DNA of 64,000 nucleotides from a virus: IMG/VR virus record IMGVR_UViG_3300009499_000001, positions 6,892 to 70,891 of that record; one strand, 5' to 3'. Shown piece by piece: positions 37,601 to 46,247 of this stretch (position 1 is its first letter; each line of letters starts with the position of its first letter). The notes under the pieces were generated by a model. It saw only the letters and a program-made list of their open reading frames with translations, ran no database searches and was not told where the DNA came from. The position numbers and the translations under genes were made by a program.

Positions 37601-40600
37601 CCTCTCCGACCCAGTCGAAGACTTGGTCAACGCGCTTGCGAGGTTGCTGCCCTTTGGGCGCCTTCTTTTCCGTGCCCCGAAGCGTGGAGTACGTCATAAA
37701 CAGAATCCCACGCTTCGCCCGGAGCGGCGCGTAGCTCTTCGCCTCGAAGATGAGCTTGGGATCTTGCCCCAAAGCTACCCATTCCTCCCGGATTCGATCC
37801 AGGAGCCGTTTGTTCTGAGTGATCCAAACGACCTTCCGTCGGCCGCGCCGCCAGTTGTCGAGGATGACGGCGCAAATCTCGCGTGTCTTGCCGACGCCAG
37901 TGCCATCCCCGAACATGAAACCTCGACGGACGGGCCTCTCGCCCTCGGGCGCTGGCAGGAATTTCTCGTGGGCCTGGCCAGCGTAGACCGCGGCTTCAAC
38001 CTGGATTTCCGACAAGGCACCGCTCTTGATGATGTCCTGGGGAAGGTCGGGCCGGTAGGTCGGCACGGGTGGCATGACCGTCGCCATCGCCGCGGACTCG
38101 ACGATGGAGCCTGGGTGTGGTTGGGCCCCTGGAATCTTCAAGCGCGCGGGCCGGTACGGCTCGAAGATTTCCTGGGTCAGTTCGGCCTTGCGCTCCCGAG
38201 CGCGCTCCCCCGCCTCTATAGCGATTCCTGGTGCAGGAGCGGGCACACCTTCTGGAAGTTCTCGAACAGGTTCTCCAACAACACCTGGGCGAGCGCCCGG
38301 GCGCCCAGCTTCTCCTTCTGTTGGGCGAGCCGCTGCGCCCCTTCCGCCGGGTCGTCCTTCGGGTCCGGCAGGAGGAGCCGTTGGGCGTCCTCCGGCTCTG
38401 CGCCCACCAGGTCGTCCACCCGGTCTTGGAGCCACCCCTGGAACTGCTCCCAGTGGCCTACCAACTGCACCTGCTCCAGGAGCCACCGGACGAGCTGGAC
38501 GCTGTGCAGGTAGTCCGGGTCGGGCTCCTGGCCTTGCTTCAGGAGCAATTCCCGGCACCGCTGGTTCAGGGGATTGCTGTTCAGTTGGACCCGTTCGCTC
38601 ATTTCGGACTCCACTCATATTATCTATGAATTCCGCCAGATTGTCAACCCTTGCGGAGACCACAGCGGCGGTCGTCGGCCCCGTCTTGTCGATCACCAGG
38701 ACGCGCGTGGGGAAGGCCGTGCCGTACTTGCGGTAGATGCCCCGCTCCACAGCGACCACCGCCCGGATGCTGTACTCCTTGCCGATCCGCTTCGCCCAGC
38801 GCGTGAAGGTCCTGGTGTCCTGTCCACGCATCGGGGCCCCGACGATCGCCACAACCCGGCCACCGTCTTGCAGCAGATTCAGGGCGGCCTCGACGTGCTT
38901 GAGATCGGTCCCGATCATCCGTTTGTCACCCATGCGCTGGCCGGCCCGGGAGAACGGCGGGTTCATCAGGATCACGGTGGGCCGAGGCAGGCCCTGTTCG
39001 GCCAGTCGGGCGGGCAGGATGTTGTGTATCTGCTCGGCGTCTTCAGTGAAGACCGCGTCGAGCCCTAGTTGTCCAAGTAGGCCCGCCCGCTGGCCGCTGA
39101 TCTCGTTGGCGTAGACCTGCGCGCCACCCGCGTTCTGTGCGTGGATGGCAATGCTGCCGGTTCCGGCGCTGGGCTCCAGGACCACGTCGTTCGGGCCGAT
39201 GTTCGCCAGCCAGGTCACCGCGTAGGCGTAGTGCGGCGGTGTCGAGAACTGTTGGAGCAGGTCCTTCTCGCCGCTGCGGTTCCGCTGGGCGGGGATCCGG
39301 TCCAGTTGGCCTTCCAGGCTGTCGGCCTCGATCTTGGCCTGCTCGGCAGCGACCCTTGGATCCGTCTTCCGCTGGAGGTACTGATTGATACCCAATTCCA
39401 GGCCGTCGTAGGCCTCCGAGGGACCGTATGTCCCCTCCGCCCGGGTTCCGCCCCAGACTTCGTCGGCCATCGAGAAGAAGGTGGCTTGGTCGATGACATC
39501 GCCAGCGACAAGCCGCTCGATGACACGCCGGGCTAGTTTGATCTGGGGGTTGGCCTCTGTGGCGGCCGGGGCTGGTGCTTCGGCCGGTGCGACACCCATC
39601 GCCTGCCGGGCAATCGCCTCCAGGTCTTCGTTCGCGAAGCCGTCGACTGCCTGAGGGGTCGTCAAGGCAGTGCGCATATCCAGGGGGACCTGATACCGAG
39701 CGGCCGAGAAGATCGACTTGTAGTCGTCGGCGGTGAGCTTCGCGGCGATGTCGGGCATCTCTGCGGCGAGCTGCTGGACGAACTTGACGAAGGACTTGAT
39801 CCCGGCCTTGATGTAGAGGCCAGCGATTCGGGTCGCAATGACCATCCCCTCGGCGTCCAGACCCATCGGAGTCCGGTTGCGGAGAATCCCCCCGAGCTGC
39901 TTCTTCAGCCGTTCGAGTTCGGCCTGATCTTCGGCGGAGAGGTTCTGTGTGATGCTGGGCTTTTTGGCTTTCGCGGGTTCGGTGGGCTTGGGGGACACCT
40001 CGGCCGGGGCTTCTGCCGGACGGGCGGCTGGCGTTACAACTTCCAGCATTTGCTCGATGAGAGCAGCATCGCCCACAACGTGATGCGCCCTGCCTACCTT
40101 GCCGGGGATCGGATGCTCGTCGGCTCGAATGAACTTCACGCTTCCGCCGGGCATGGTCAGCTCGAAGTCGCCCATACCGAGATGCGCCACCTTGCTGTCG
40201 GGTATGGCCTTCTCGACAGCGTTCAAGAAGTTGGTGTCGACGTAAACGCGACCGTCATCCTCGCGGACGTAGTGCGGGGCCGTGTCAATGGGCGCGGGTG
40301 CCTCCGCTTCGGCGGGCTTCGCCAGGGCTGCATCGGCCCAATGTTGGCCCCGGTAATCCTTGAGCACCGCAGGCGCCACTTCCTTGCCTTCCTCGACCGC
40401 GCGCCGTACCAGGATTTCGTGATCCCGAAGACGGGCGGCGTACGCTTCCGCAGCCTCGACGCCCAGGGACTGTTCCTTCTGCCCCACCTTTCGGGGCCGC
40501 TTTGTCGTGATCCGATAGCGCCCGAACGGGCCAATGCCAGCCGCGTTGTATGCCGGCGGCTCTGTGCTGCTGATCTGCACCTTGCCGCGGAGGGGACCTG

Positions 40601-43600
40601 CCGGGTTGTCGAGATACCGGACATTGACCTCCCAGATGGGAATGGTCTCTCTTGTGGGACCTTCCCCGGCGTATGCTTCCCGTGTCATCTGCCAGGGCTC
40701 TATCAACTCCGTTGGCTTCTCTGTCGGTTCGGCCGCCTCGATGTCCGCCAGCGCCTTGTCCGCCCATTCCTCCCCCCGGAATTCCTCAAGCAGCTTGGCG
40801 GGTATTGGCTTGCCTTGACGGAGACGGCTTCGGATGATCTGGCGTCGGCCGTCCTTGCGGGCTTCGGGGATGACGTCGCTCGGTGGGCGGACGGGTTCCG
40901 CTGGCGCAGCTTCTGTCGGGGGTCTCGCCCAAACGCCCAGAATGTTCGTTCCGAGTTCCCCTTGGTCATCCAGCAGATATGGACGGTAGCCTTCAGAATA
41001 GAGCTTCTCCTCATCCCTCTCGGATTTCACCCGGCACCTAGTGATCTGATAGCCTTCGGCTTTCAGCTTGCCCACGGTGTCGTCGTAACGCTGCTGAGCC
41101 TGCTCCAGTTCGGCTACGCTCTTTGCCTCCGCCGCTGCCTTTGGCTCGGCACCCTCCTTGAGCCAGTAATCGGCTTGGGACTTCACCTCGGCATCGCTCA
41201 TGCCGAGCAACTGCTGGTAGAATTCCTCCACCTGCGCGTCGCTTCGCGTCTTCTGTGCCTCTCGGGCCGCCTCAGCCGTCGGATGGCCTTTGCCGATGAT
41301 GGTCCCTTCCGCACTGCGGTAGGCGTAGTCGGCGATGCGGGTCTCGCCCGTGTGCGTGACGCCCAACGGGAACCCCCCTGCCCTGTACCACTTCCCGTCC
41401 GAACCCTTGAGTTCTCGCACAGCAACGATTTCAAGAGGGGGTCGCCGGGATGCCTCTGCGATGCGACGGGCCAGGTCCTCCTTGCCTGGGGCCTCGGCAG
41501 GCTTCTCGGCGGGGGTGGGTTGTACTCGGTCTGCACGTACTTTCCGAAAGTCCACGCGGGCAATAACGCTTGCCGCTTCGGTTGCATCGTTTACCCGGTC
41601 CGTAGGGTCTTTCACGCGCGCCTGTAATTCGGCGGCTGCTTTGAGGACCGTTGGATTATCTGTATCTGCACCTTCCACGACGTGCCGAAAGAACTCGCGC
41701 GCTACAGCGGCCGGGTCATCCGCTTCCAGCAAGGCCCGCGCAGCCGCCTTGGTCCCGTAATGCACGCCGGGAGCTGCAAGCAAGTCTTCAATGGAGGGAA
41801 GGCCGCGCTCGCTGGCCGCCTCGTATCGCACGGCAATTTCAGCAGGTGTCTCAGCGGGGGTGGGTTCCGCCGCCGTGAACTTCTCCGGGCTCCACAGTTC
41901 GGTCTTCCGGTGCGTGGAGTCGTCTATCGCCTCCCACACTTCCGTCGGCACGCCGCGGACATCGACCGTCTTCTTGCCGATGACCGTGACGGGAATGGAC
42001 CGGCCACCGCCCATGTCGTAGGTCCCCTTCGCCCCTGGGGTCAAGCCGGGTGCCTCTGGCGCTTCCTGAGGGGGCTTGGCCTCGGGTTTGGCTTCTGGCT
42101 TCGGTGCGACCTCGGCTGGCGGCGCTTCCGTCGGCACTGGCTCGGCAATCCCGCCTTCGCGGGGTTCCAGCGGGGCTTCCTCAGGCCGTTTCTCGACAAG
42201 TTCCGGGGCGGGCCGGGACACTTCGGCCGGCATCTCGGTCGGCACGGCTTCGGGTCGGACGCCTTCTTTCCGCCGCCGTTCCCCCCTCCTGGTTCGCCTC
42301 TCGGCCAAGCCTTCGCCGACGGCGCCGGCACCCCTCATGGCTATCCCAGGACCACCCCAGATCCCGAACGCTACCCCCTCGGCCAGCAGTTGCCGGCCGC
42401 TCGGGATAGCGTCCAGCAGCCACTTGTTGACGTCCGTGGCCTCGGATTCGTGGAGGTTGAACGCCACGCGCAGGACTTCGGCCACCCGTTCCTCGCCCAT
42501 CTCCTCCAGGACGCCGTGGAAACCTCCAGCAGCCATCATGCGCCGCCACTCGGCCGTGGTCCTACCGGGCGCCCTGCCCAGCCACCGGATCCGCAGAGCC
42601 TTCTCGATCTTCCGCAGCACCGGGACCGCCTTGGGGAAGCGCTTGAGGACCCCACGTCCGATCAGGTGGGCGCCGCGAGTCAGTTCTACGCCCAATTCCT
42701 CCGAGACCAGCTCGACGAAGGTGTCGCCTATGCCCTTCAGCAGGGCGGTGACGGGCTTCTGGCCGCCCCGGGCGATCTCGATGTTGCCCATGTCGTCCAC
42801 AGCGAACTGCTTGGGCAACATCCGTTCGAGCGTACGCTCGACGACCATGGGGTGAGTGGCCGTTCGCACCGCCCCGGCCGCACCGTACTTCATGGCGAAC
42901 ATGGCCATCCTGCCCGTCCGCGTGAGCGCCTTCCATCCCAGGGCGCGAAGACCAAGGCGAGCCGCACCGGCCTTGACCGCACCTGCCGCCGGTGTCAGCA
43001 GCATGAACTCCCCGAAGAAGGCGGGCATGGCCGAGAGGATCTCCGCGGTGTGGCCCAAGAAGGTCTTGCCGCGACCATGCACCTCCGCCTGTTGGTCCAG
43101 ATGCTTCCGCACGATGGCCAGGGCCCGGTAGTGCCTCTGGGCGTCCTGATCCCGCCGCTTGAACTCCGCGTCCGACATCAGGGCCGGCTCTTTCCGATCT
43201 CGCCGGGCACGTTCGGCCGGCAGGTCGACGAAGATCTCCCGCCGATCATCCTCACTCAGCGTTTTCAGCGTGTTGATGGATTGGTGCAGGTAGGCCTGCT
43301 GTTGCACCTTCGGCATGTAGTGCAGAAACGGAACCGCCCACAGAGGTTCCTTCATCAATCGCTTGTACCAAGTCTCCCACCAGCCGATCTTGCCGCGGTC
43401 CTCCCACCGTCGCTTCTCCGCAGCCTCGCGCGCCTTGCCTGCGGCCACATCCGCCGCCTGGGCCGCGCTGTCGACCGGCCTGCCCCGCCTGTCGTACTTG
43501 CCGATCTCCTGGGGATTGCCGTCTGCATCCACGGTATAGACACCCACACTGCGATGCAGCTTGTCCTCCCATTCGGCGGCCGGGAAGATCCAGAATTGGG

Positions 43601-44375
43601 CATTCTTGCCGGCGTAACGCTCCTGCCCATCCGCCAGTGCGGCCTCGACGCCCTCTGGGAGCTTCTCGGGGACCGGGCCGATCACCTTGCCCTGCTCGTT
43701 GAGTTCGACGAGCTGCTGGTCCTGTGGCCGGATCGTTGGGGGCAGGCGTCCGCGACGCTTTTCATCCTCACCTCCTCGGAAGGTGAATATGCGGAAGTCC
43801 CTGATGGGTTTAACGGGTTCGGCCATGCGACCCGCGGCGAACAGATACGGCAAGGCTCTCAGGCGGGCTTCCGGCGGCATGGTCCCCCCTTGGACCATTT
43901 GCTCAGGCGTCATCGGCTTGCCGGCCTCAGCCGCGCCGATTACCATGTTCACCCGCTCGTAGAACGCCTGCCGCACGGTCTTGGGCAGTTCCTCCATCTG
44001 CAACTGGACGCCCTGATCGAGGTGCTTGCGAATCTGGCCGACCCGGGTGAGGTCCAGTTGGGTGACCGAGTCGGGCAGGCCGATCTCGGCTGCGGTCGGC
44101 TTCGGTGCCGGTTTCGCCCCTGGTTTCCCCGTTGCGGTCACCGTTGCGGTCACGCTGGCGCCGGGAACTGCTGCGGTCGCTGTTGTGGTTCGAGATACTT
44201 CCGTCGGCGTTGCGGTCGGTGCCTCTGGCGCGGTCGCGTCGGCCAGCCCCAGCCGCTTCATCCGGTCGTCCAGGCTCTCCTGGCCGGGTTTGGGCTGCGC
44301 CTCGGCCGGTTGAGGCTCACCGAGTCCCAGCCGACGCATGCGCTCCTCCAGGCTTTCCGTCACTGCTGCCGTCAT
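31617..44375 (-). CDS. Giant polyvalent internal virion protein (DarB-like): N6-adenine MTase + strawberry-notch SF2 helicase + LPD38-like C-terminus
   Basis: QQFSTP, VLEPSAGTG, MNPPFS; GDGTGVGKT, FDEAHNM, QGMGRTHRSNQ; C-terminal PFHNAQIQG, PRPFEWG, SPAKIEHL..YTG. Confidence 0.92.
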   Translation of the reverse strand: MTAAVTESLEERMRRLGLGEPQPAEAQPKPGQESLDDRMKRLGLADATAPEAPTATPTEVSRTTTATAAVPGASVTATVTATGKPGAKPAPKPTAAEIGLPDSVTQLDLTRVGQIRKHLDQGVQLQMEELPKTVRQAFYERVNMVIGAAEAGKPMTPEQMVQGGTMPPEARLRALPYLFAAGRMAEPVKPIRDFRIFTFRGGEDEKRRGRLPPTIRPQDQQLVELNEQGKVIGPVPEKLPEGVEAALADGQERYAGKNAQFWIFPAAEWEDKLHRSVGVYTVDADGNPQEIGKYDRRGRPVDSAAQAADVAAGKAREAAEKRRWEDRGKIGWWETWYKRLMKEPLWAVPFLHYMPKVQQQAYLHQSINTLKTLSEDDRREIFVDLPAERARRDRKEPALMSDAEFKRRDQDAQRHYRALAIVRKHLDQQAEVHGRGKTFLGHTAEILSAMPAFFGEFMLLTPAAGAVKAGAARLGLRALGWKALTRTGRMAMFAMKYGAAGAVRTATHPMVVERTLERMLPKQFAVDDMGNIEIARGGQKPVTALLKGIGDTFVELVSEELGVELTRGAHLIGRGVLKRFPKAVPVLRKIEKALRIRWLGRAPGRTTAEWRRMMAAGGFHGVLEEMGEERVAEVLRVAFNLHESEATDVNKWLLDAIPSGRQLLAEGVAFGIWGGPGIAMRGAGAVGEGLAERRTRRGERRRKEGVRPEAVPTEMPAEVSRPAPELVEKRPEEAPLEPREGGIAEPVPTEAPPAEVAPKPEAKPEAKPPQEAPEAPGLTPGAKGTYDMGGGRSIPVTVIGKKTVDVRGVPTEVWEAIDDSTHRKTELWSPEKFTAAEPTPAETPAEIAVRYEAASERGLPSIEDLLAAPGVHYGTKAAARALLEADDPAAVAREFFRHVVEGADTDNPTVLKAAAELQARVKDPTDRVNDATEAASVIARVDFRKVRADRVQPTPAEKPAEAPGKEDLARRIAEASRRPPLEIVAVRELKGSDGKWYRAGGFPLGVTHTGETRIADYAYRSAEGTIIGKGHPTAEAAREAQKTRSDAQVEEFYQQLLGMSDAEVKSQADYWLKEGAEPKAAAEAKSVAELEQAQQRYDDTVGKLKAEGYQITRCRVKSERDEEKLYSEGYRPYLLDDQGELGTNILGVWARPPTEAAPAEPVRPPSDVIPEARKDGRRQIIRSRLRQGKPIPAKLLEEFRGEEWADKALADIEAAEPTEKPTELIEPWQMTREAYAGEGPTRETIPIWEVNVRYLDNPAGPLRGKVQISSTEPPAYNAAGIGPFGRYRITTKRPRKVGQKEQSLGVEAAEAYAARLRDHEILVRRAVEEGKEVAPAVLKDYRGQHWADAALAKPAEAEAPAPIDTAPHYVREDDGRVYVDTNFLNAVEKAIPDSKVAHLGMGDFELTMPGGSVKFIRADEHPIPGKVGRAHHVVGDAALIEQMLEVVTPAARPAEAPAEVSPKPTEPAKAKKPSITQNLSAEDQAELERLKKQLGGILRNRTPMGLDAEGMVIATRIAGLYIKAGIKSFVKFVQQLAAEMPDIAAKLTADDYKSIFSAARYQVPLDMRTALTTPQAVDGFANEDLEAIARQAMGVAPAEAPAPAATEANPQIKLARRVIERLVAGDVIDQATFFSMADEVWGGTRAEGTYGPSEAYDGLELGINQYLQRKTDPRVAAEQAKIEADSLEGQLDRIPAQRNRSGEKDLLQQFSTPPHYAYAVTWLANIGPNDVVLEPSAGTGSIAIHAQNAGGAQVYANEISGQRAGLLGQLGLDAVFTEDAEQIHNILPARLAEQGLPRPTVILMNPPFSRAGQRMGDKRMIGTDLKHVEAALNLLQDGGRVVAIVGAPMRGQDTRTFTRWAKRIGKEYSIRAVVAVERGIYRKYGTAFPTRVLVIDKTGPTTAAVVSARVDNLAEFIDNMSGVRNERTGPTEQQSPEPAVPGIAPEARPGARPGLPAQRPARPVAPGAGAVGRPLGAVPGVAPRPGGRPGGRRAGGRPTAPPAGPEGRPGGRGAAARPTEGEAGRPGARPGVVGEPVRELPEGVPAPAPGIAIEAGERARERKAELTQEIFEPYRPARLKIPGAQPHPGSIVESAAMATVMPPVPTYRPDLPQDIIKSGALSEIQVEAAVYAGQAHEKFLPAPEGERPVRRGFMFGDGTGVGKTREICAVILDNWRRGRRKVVWITQNKRLLDRIREEWVALGQDPKLIFEAKSYAPLRAKRGILFMTYSTLRGTEKKAPKGQQPRKRVDQVFDWVGEDFDGVLVFDEAHNMGNAIAIRTTFGTRAPSQQARVGVELQNRLPNCRMVYATATAATNVANYAYADRLGLWGRGTPFPNKAAFINEIARSGVAAMETVARDMKAMGSYMARNISYNDGTEKGTVEYKRVEHTLRPNQREAYDTFARAWRIVLNNIEEALQLTGGDGNARAKMRARGAFWGANLRFFNQILMSMQMPTVVKAAEKDLAEGRSVVLQLVNTNEAATARALAGMQSEQDLDDIDITPRDSLMQLVEHTFPVQQYQEETDDQGNVTMEPVVDSDGNPVLNQEAVRMRDQLLDKLGALSVPRGPLDYILDHFAVENVAEVTGRRQRVVEVLQEDGTRKRERLSRNADRENPAEIAAFMGGKKFLLVMSGAGNTGDSYHASLAHENQQRRSHYIIQPGYRAEQAFQGMGRTHRSNQASAPIYTLCTTDLSAERRFTSVIAQRLDQLGALTKGQREATSGGLFSAEDNLHTTEAREALSQFWRELYRDDVEGLSIGEVQEALALRLIDGQGNLRQTLPVMRQFLNRLLSCPTDTQNQIFEAFDQRRLERIDAAIRLGTIDRGIETVRADRIDKVEDRVVYTHAETGAETKYVKVKLSTRIVPVTWDNLQAGEHRAGHPILFYVQSKRAGKVYAIVQGPTHTETRTGRVVRQYRQIDQKGHDFIDMERIDNDYNEQYWRRLDEDEARRLWDEQVEKLPEFRESEQHLITGVLLPIWDRIRGARPRVRRMLTNEGEELLGRIINANDVAGILRALGADKPKMDLTPQQMIDKTLDGETILVLSNGWTIRSKLVGGETRLEVLGPDLSFHIELDADGVFRERVGYKVRYFIPTGDEALQVFQRVTESRPVTDVRYLNRSGEVDHGPVAAPPVPVSMEPADRPVSINDIRTVLSEGFGVPLRTGHYRGPYAGIYKRFEEVARTKGYGDVASQCHEVAHHLDKRERISRRLSKDVRAEVRELDYDPEKKRTKEGVAEFVRLYLTTENAQDAAPLMYEWFTEDFLPTSEYAEAIADAKATITQWRAQGAVARVGAQIDKKSTRWKTVRAVFADPKEAWQKGLEKFVNRFQPLWRAMYAMADTTELADIPAEYRFAQMAKVTSMAGPARARRAVLDYMPDVMGNRVGPSLAEVWEPIMEDLRDPQTQLEFEIFLYSRHAIDIHAVGKNPGISLADARFNVRQFGDRPGWVEAADGTTKWHDQLLDYGMDAGGLDPAGKVKMRRMYPHYVPRMISLEAENLRQGKGVGGGRLAGLPSVVRRMKGSGRPIISPLESSMMYADRIFSLADKIRVGKMLVEATEHYEGMGKYVEKVAPGGRVTSAQIRQLQAQLEAADVALEDADLDAVINIFQNVYHHKAKDNIIVLWQHGKLRMYEVAPDMYRAMMAVDQQFELPKIVEWTFGKAARMLRLSTTGLRAGFAWYTNPTRDTGTAIMQTRTKGRKATLPSLIYRNICGVMDHVFGREVARLHKAGGGEMAQPLAIDRVFTQDLLDEVLANSPTRKVLNWMKHPIESLRQLFSITEMGPRLAEFKAALEETGWKPGDTITLAQYLDAQMRAANVTVDFREGGSVAMWLNRVVPFHNAQIQGPNRMIQTYRQHPVRSTLRGLAWITGPTLFLWWLIKDEDWYIDLPVWEKYRYWHVPVGDAIIRVPRPFEWGMLFGSLPEAACESLYRNDPKHFKEGAAESIRSFMPPIAPTAIKGPIEVAFGPGGWDWFRQRPIVSEALRRLEPQDQFYQYTTETAKALGRLLNVSPAKIEHLLRSYTGGMPVAGIRSAETVLRKAGVLPEKGARPPGLQDIPAIGRAFLRPGTTRVFNDFYREMEDLDRQHGSAKQRGRDFPHAQRAKRSAMHRISRHLAELRKQGRALIDSEASDEAKREGYRAIQQRMVKMAKAAMNGELAFMATPAESADEVRLAYTELLEGKVEAALTGTAWDTDQERKNKRTIAGWARKLKVPVARVYPKARGSVRSKYTRLCKEALERDDTAAAEAFAKARAVLGG
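38216..38602 (-). CDS. Nested +1-frame gene (128 aa, helical) inside the giant gene
   Basis: GGAG-6 nt-ATG; codons overwhelmingly G/C-ending in this frame while host frame is Pro/Gly/Ala/Arg-rich. Confidence 0.7.
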   Translation of the reverse strand: MSERVQLNSNPLNQRCRELLLKQGQEPDPDYLHSVQLVRWLLEQVQLVGHWEQFQGWLQDRVDDLVGAEPEDAQRLLLPDPKDDPAEGAQRLAQQKEKLGARALAQVLLENLFENFQKVCPLLHQESL

Positions 44376-46234
44376 GTGCCCGTCTTCCGTGCCTTGGTCT
44401 TGGGAATCTTCATCTCCGTGATGTATTGGTGGATGATCTTCAGTTCCTCATCGCTGAGATCACCGGCCCGGTGTGCCAGGGCCAGCACATCGCCCCACGC
44501 GCCGCCCTTGTGAATCTGCTCCATGAGCCCCACCACGCCCTTCTGGCCCGTGGTGTAGGCCCTGTGTCCGGGCAGGGGCATGTATCTGACGCGGGATATG
44601 CCGATCAACTCGCATCCGCTCGGCGTCAGCGATGGACCCGATTCGGCGACCACGACATTGGATTGGCCGGCTTCCTCGGCCTTGCCGGCCGTCACGGCTT
44701 GGTCGGTCTCTGCCGGCGGTGCCGCAGTTGCGGCTGTGGGGGCTGTGGTCGGTTGTTCCAGTGGCAGGGCTGGTTGGGCTTCGCGCGTTCCAGCAGGAGG
44801 CACTTCCGCTTGTGGACCCGGGCCCTCTATCTCCCCTGGAGGTGCCAGTTCATCGAAGATCGTGAGTTCGGGTACGCCGCCTTCATCTGCACCCGTTTCG
44901 TCGCCCTCAACCCTACTCGACCGGAGACGGAACCGGGCCCGCCGAGCATCGCGGTATTCCTGTCTGGCCTCTTGCAGTTCCTTGCGGGCCTCCTGCATTT
45001 CCTCGTCGCTCGCGGGCGTTCCCGCGTCTGCCCGCTTTGAGAGGTCATTCAGGTGATCCCGGGCCTCCTTGATCTCGAACTTGGCACTGTCAAGCCGTTC
45101 GGTTGCCAGTTTCTCCTCGTCGGCCCGCGTTTCCTTTCGCTGGGTCTCGGCTTCGACCTTTGCCTCTTTCCGCTGACGCTCGTTCTCCTGTTGCTCGATC
45201 CGTTCGCGTTCGGTCTGCTTCCCCGTCGCCCGCTGGCCCAGGAGCTTGAAGATTTCCCGCGCCCCGCTTTCCGGCTCGATGCTGCCATCGGCGATCGCCT
45301 TTTGTCGCCGCCTGATGAGGTCGAGAACCTCCATCTCGTTTGGATCAGGGTTCCCCATGGGGTCCTTGCCGTCGATCCCCCAGAGTTCCGGCTTGACCCC
45401 TGCCGCAACTGCCTGAATACGCTCGTCGCGCAGCTTGGGATCAGCCGTCGTGGCAACGATGCGATCTATCTGCCCCATTTTGGCCGTTACGCCCCGCTGG
45501 CGTTCGGCTTGCCTTTCCTCCTCCGATTTGGGAAAGTCGGCCCCGCCCCCCGTCGCGAAGTGGATCTGCTGCCATTCCGCCGTCTCGCGCACCTGAGGGT
45601 ACTGCTTGCCGAGGTCGTAGAAGCGTTTCTGCTGCTCGCCGTCGTCCAACTTTATCGCCGCGGTTCCCATTGCGCGAACCCCGCGGAGTTGAGCAAGATT
45701 CAGGGTGGCAGGCTCTGTGGCTACCTCCCGCTGGCCCCCGAACCGCGCCAGTTGCCGTGCCGTCTTGCTCCCCAGCTCCTCGGGACCCCGGATGATCGTC
45801 TGGATCACACCGCTGACGGCCCCAACGGTCGGCTCGAAGTCGTAGTTGGCGTACGTCCCCGGCGGCGAGTACAGATTCGGGACACCCATCTGCCCGCGGG
45901 CTTCGACGTTCTCTTGGGCTGCTCTGTGCCTGAATTCGGACAGTTCCTCGGTGACAACCTGGCCGTCGGGCATGGTCGTGGTGGTCTTGCCGGAGGCATC
46001 GCGCCTGATTACGCGGCCGTCGGGTGCGACGATAAACCCCTGGCCGGCCACGGGAATGGGAGCGACCTTGTCCTCCGGGGGTGGCACGGCGCCGGGCAGC
46101 GGAGTGATCTTCCTGCCCTTCTTGTCGGTGGTGTCGATCTCGCCGCCGCGCGGGCCCCAGGGTTCGCCCGGCTTCGGCGGCGGGTCCTTCCCCGTCGGAA
46201 CCTTCAGCCTTCTATTCCTTCGTCTGCGGGCCAT
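44372..46234 (-). CDS. Putative internal virion (ejection) protein
   Basis: 620 aa, coiled-coil, ATGA-coupled to giant protein. Confidence 0.65.
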   Translation of the reverse strand: MARRRRNRRLKVPTGKDPPPKPGEPWGPRGGEIDTTDKKGRKITPLPGAVPPPEDKVAPIPVAGQGFIVAPDGRVIRRDASGKTTTTMPDGQVVTEELSEFRHRAAQENVEARGQMGVPNLYSPPGTYANYDFEPTVGAVSGVIQTIIRGPEELGSKTARQLARFGGQREVATEPATLNLAQLRGVRAMGTAAIKLDDGEQQKRFYDLGKQYPQVRETAEWQQIHFATGGGADFPKSEEERQAERQRGVTAKMGQIDRIVATTADPKLRDERIQAVAAGVKPELWGIDGKDPMGNPDPNEMEVLDLIRRRQKAIADGSIEPESGAREIFKLLGQRATGKQTERERIEQQENERQRKEAKVEAETQRKETRADEEKLATERLDSAKFEIKEARDHLNDLSKRADAGTPASDEEMQEARKELQEARQEYRDARRARFRLRSSRVEGDETGADEGGVPELTIFDELAPPGEIEGPGPQAEVPPAGTREAQPALPLEQPTTAPTAATAAPPAETDQAVTAGKAEEAGQSNVVVAESGPSLTPSGCELIGISRVRYMPLPGHRAYTTGQKGVVGLMEQIHKGGAWGDVLALAHRAGDLSDEELKIIHQYITEMKIPKTKARKTGT

Positions 46235-46247
46235 ATCGTCTCGCTTC

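Noticed and set aside
33933-44513. Long plus-strand ORFs (742, 619, 525, 943 aa) opposite the giant gene
   Set aside because: Antisense shadows expected from high-GC3 coding on the minus strand; no recognisable motifs.
44700-44900. Second nested ORF in the Pro/Ala-rich tail of the 620-aa gene
   Set aside because: Alternative frame is interrupted by a TAG and lacks an SD-led start.
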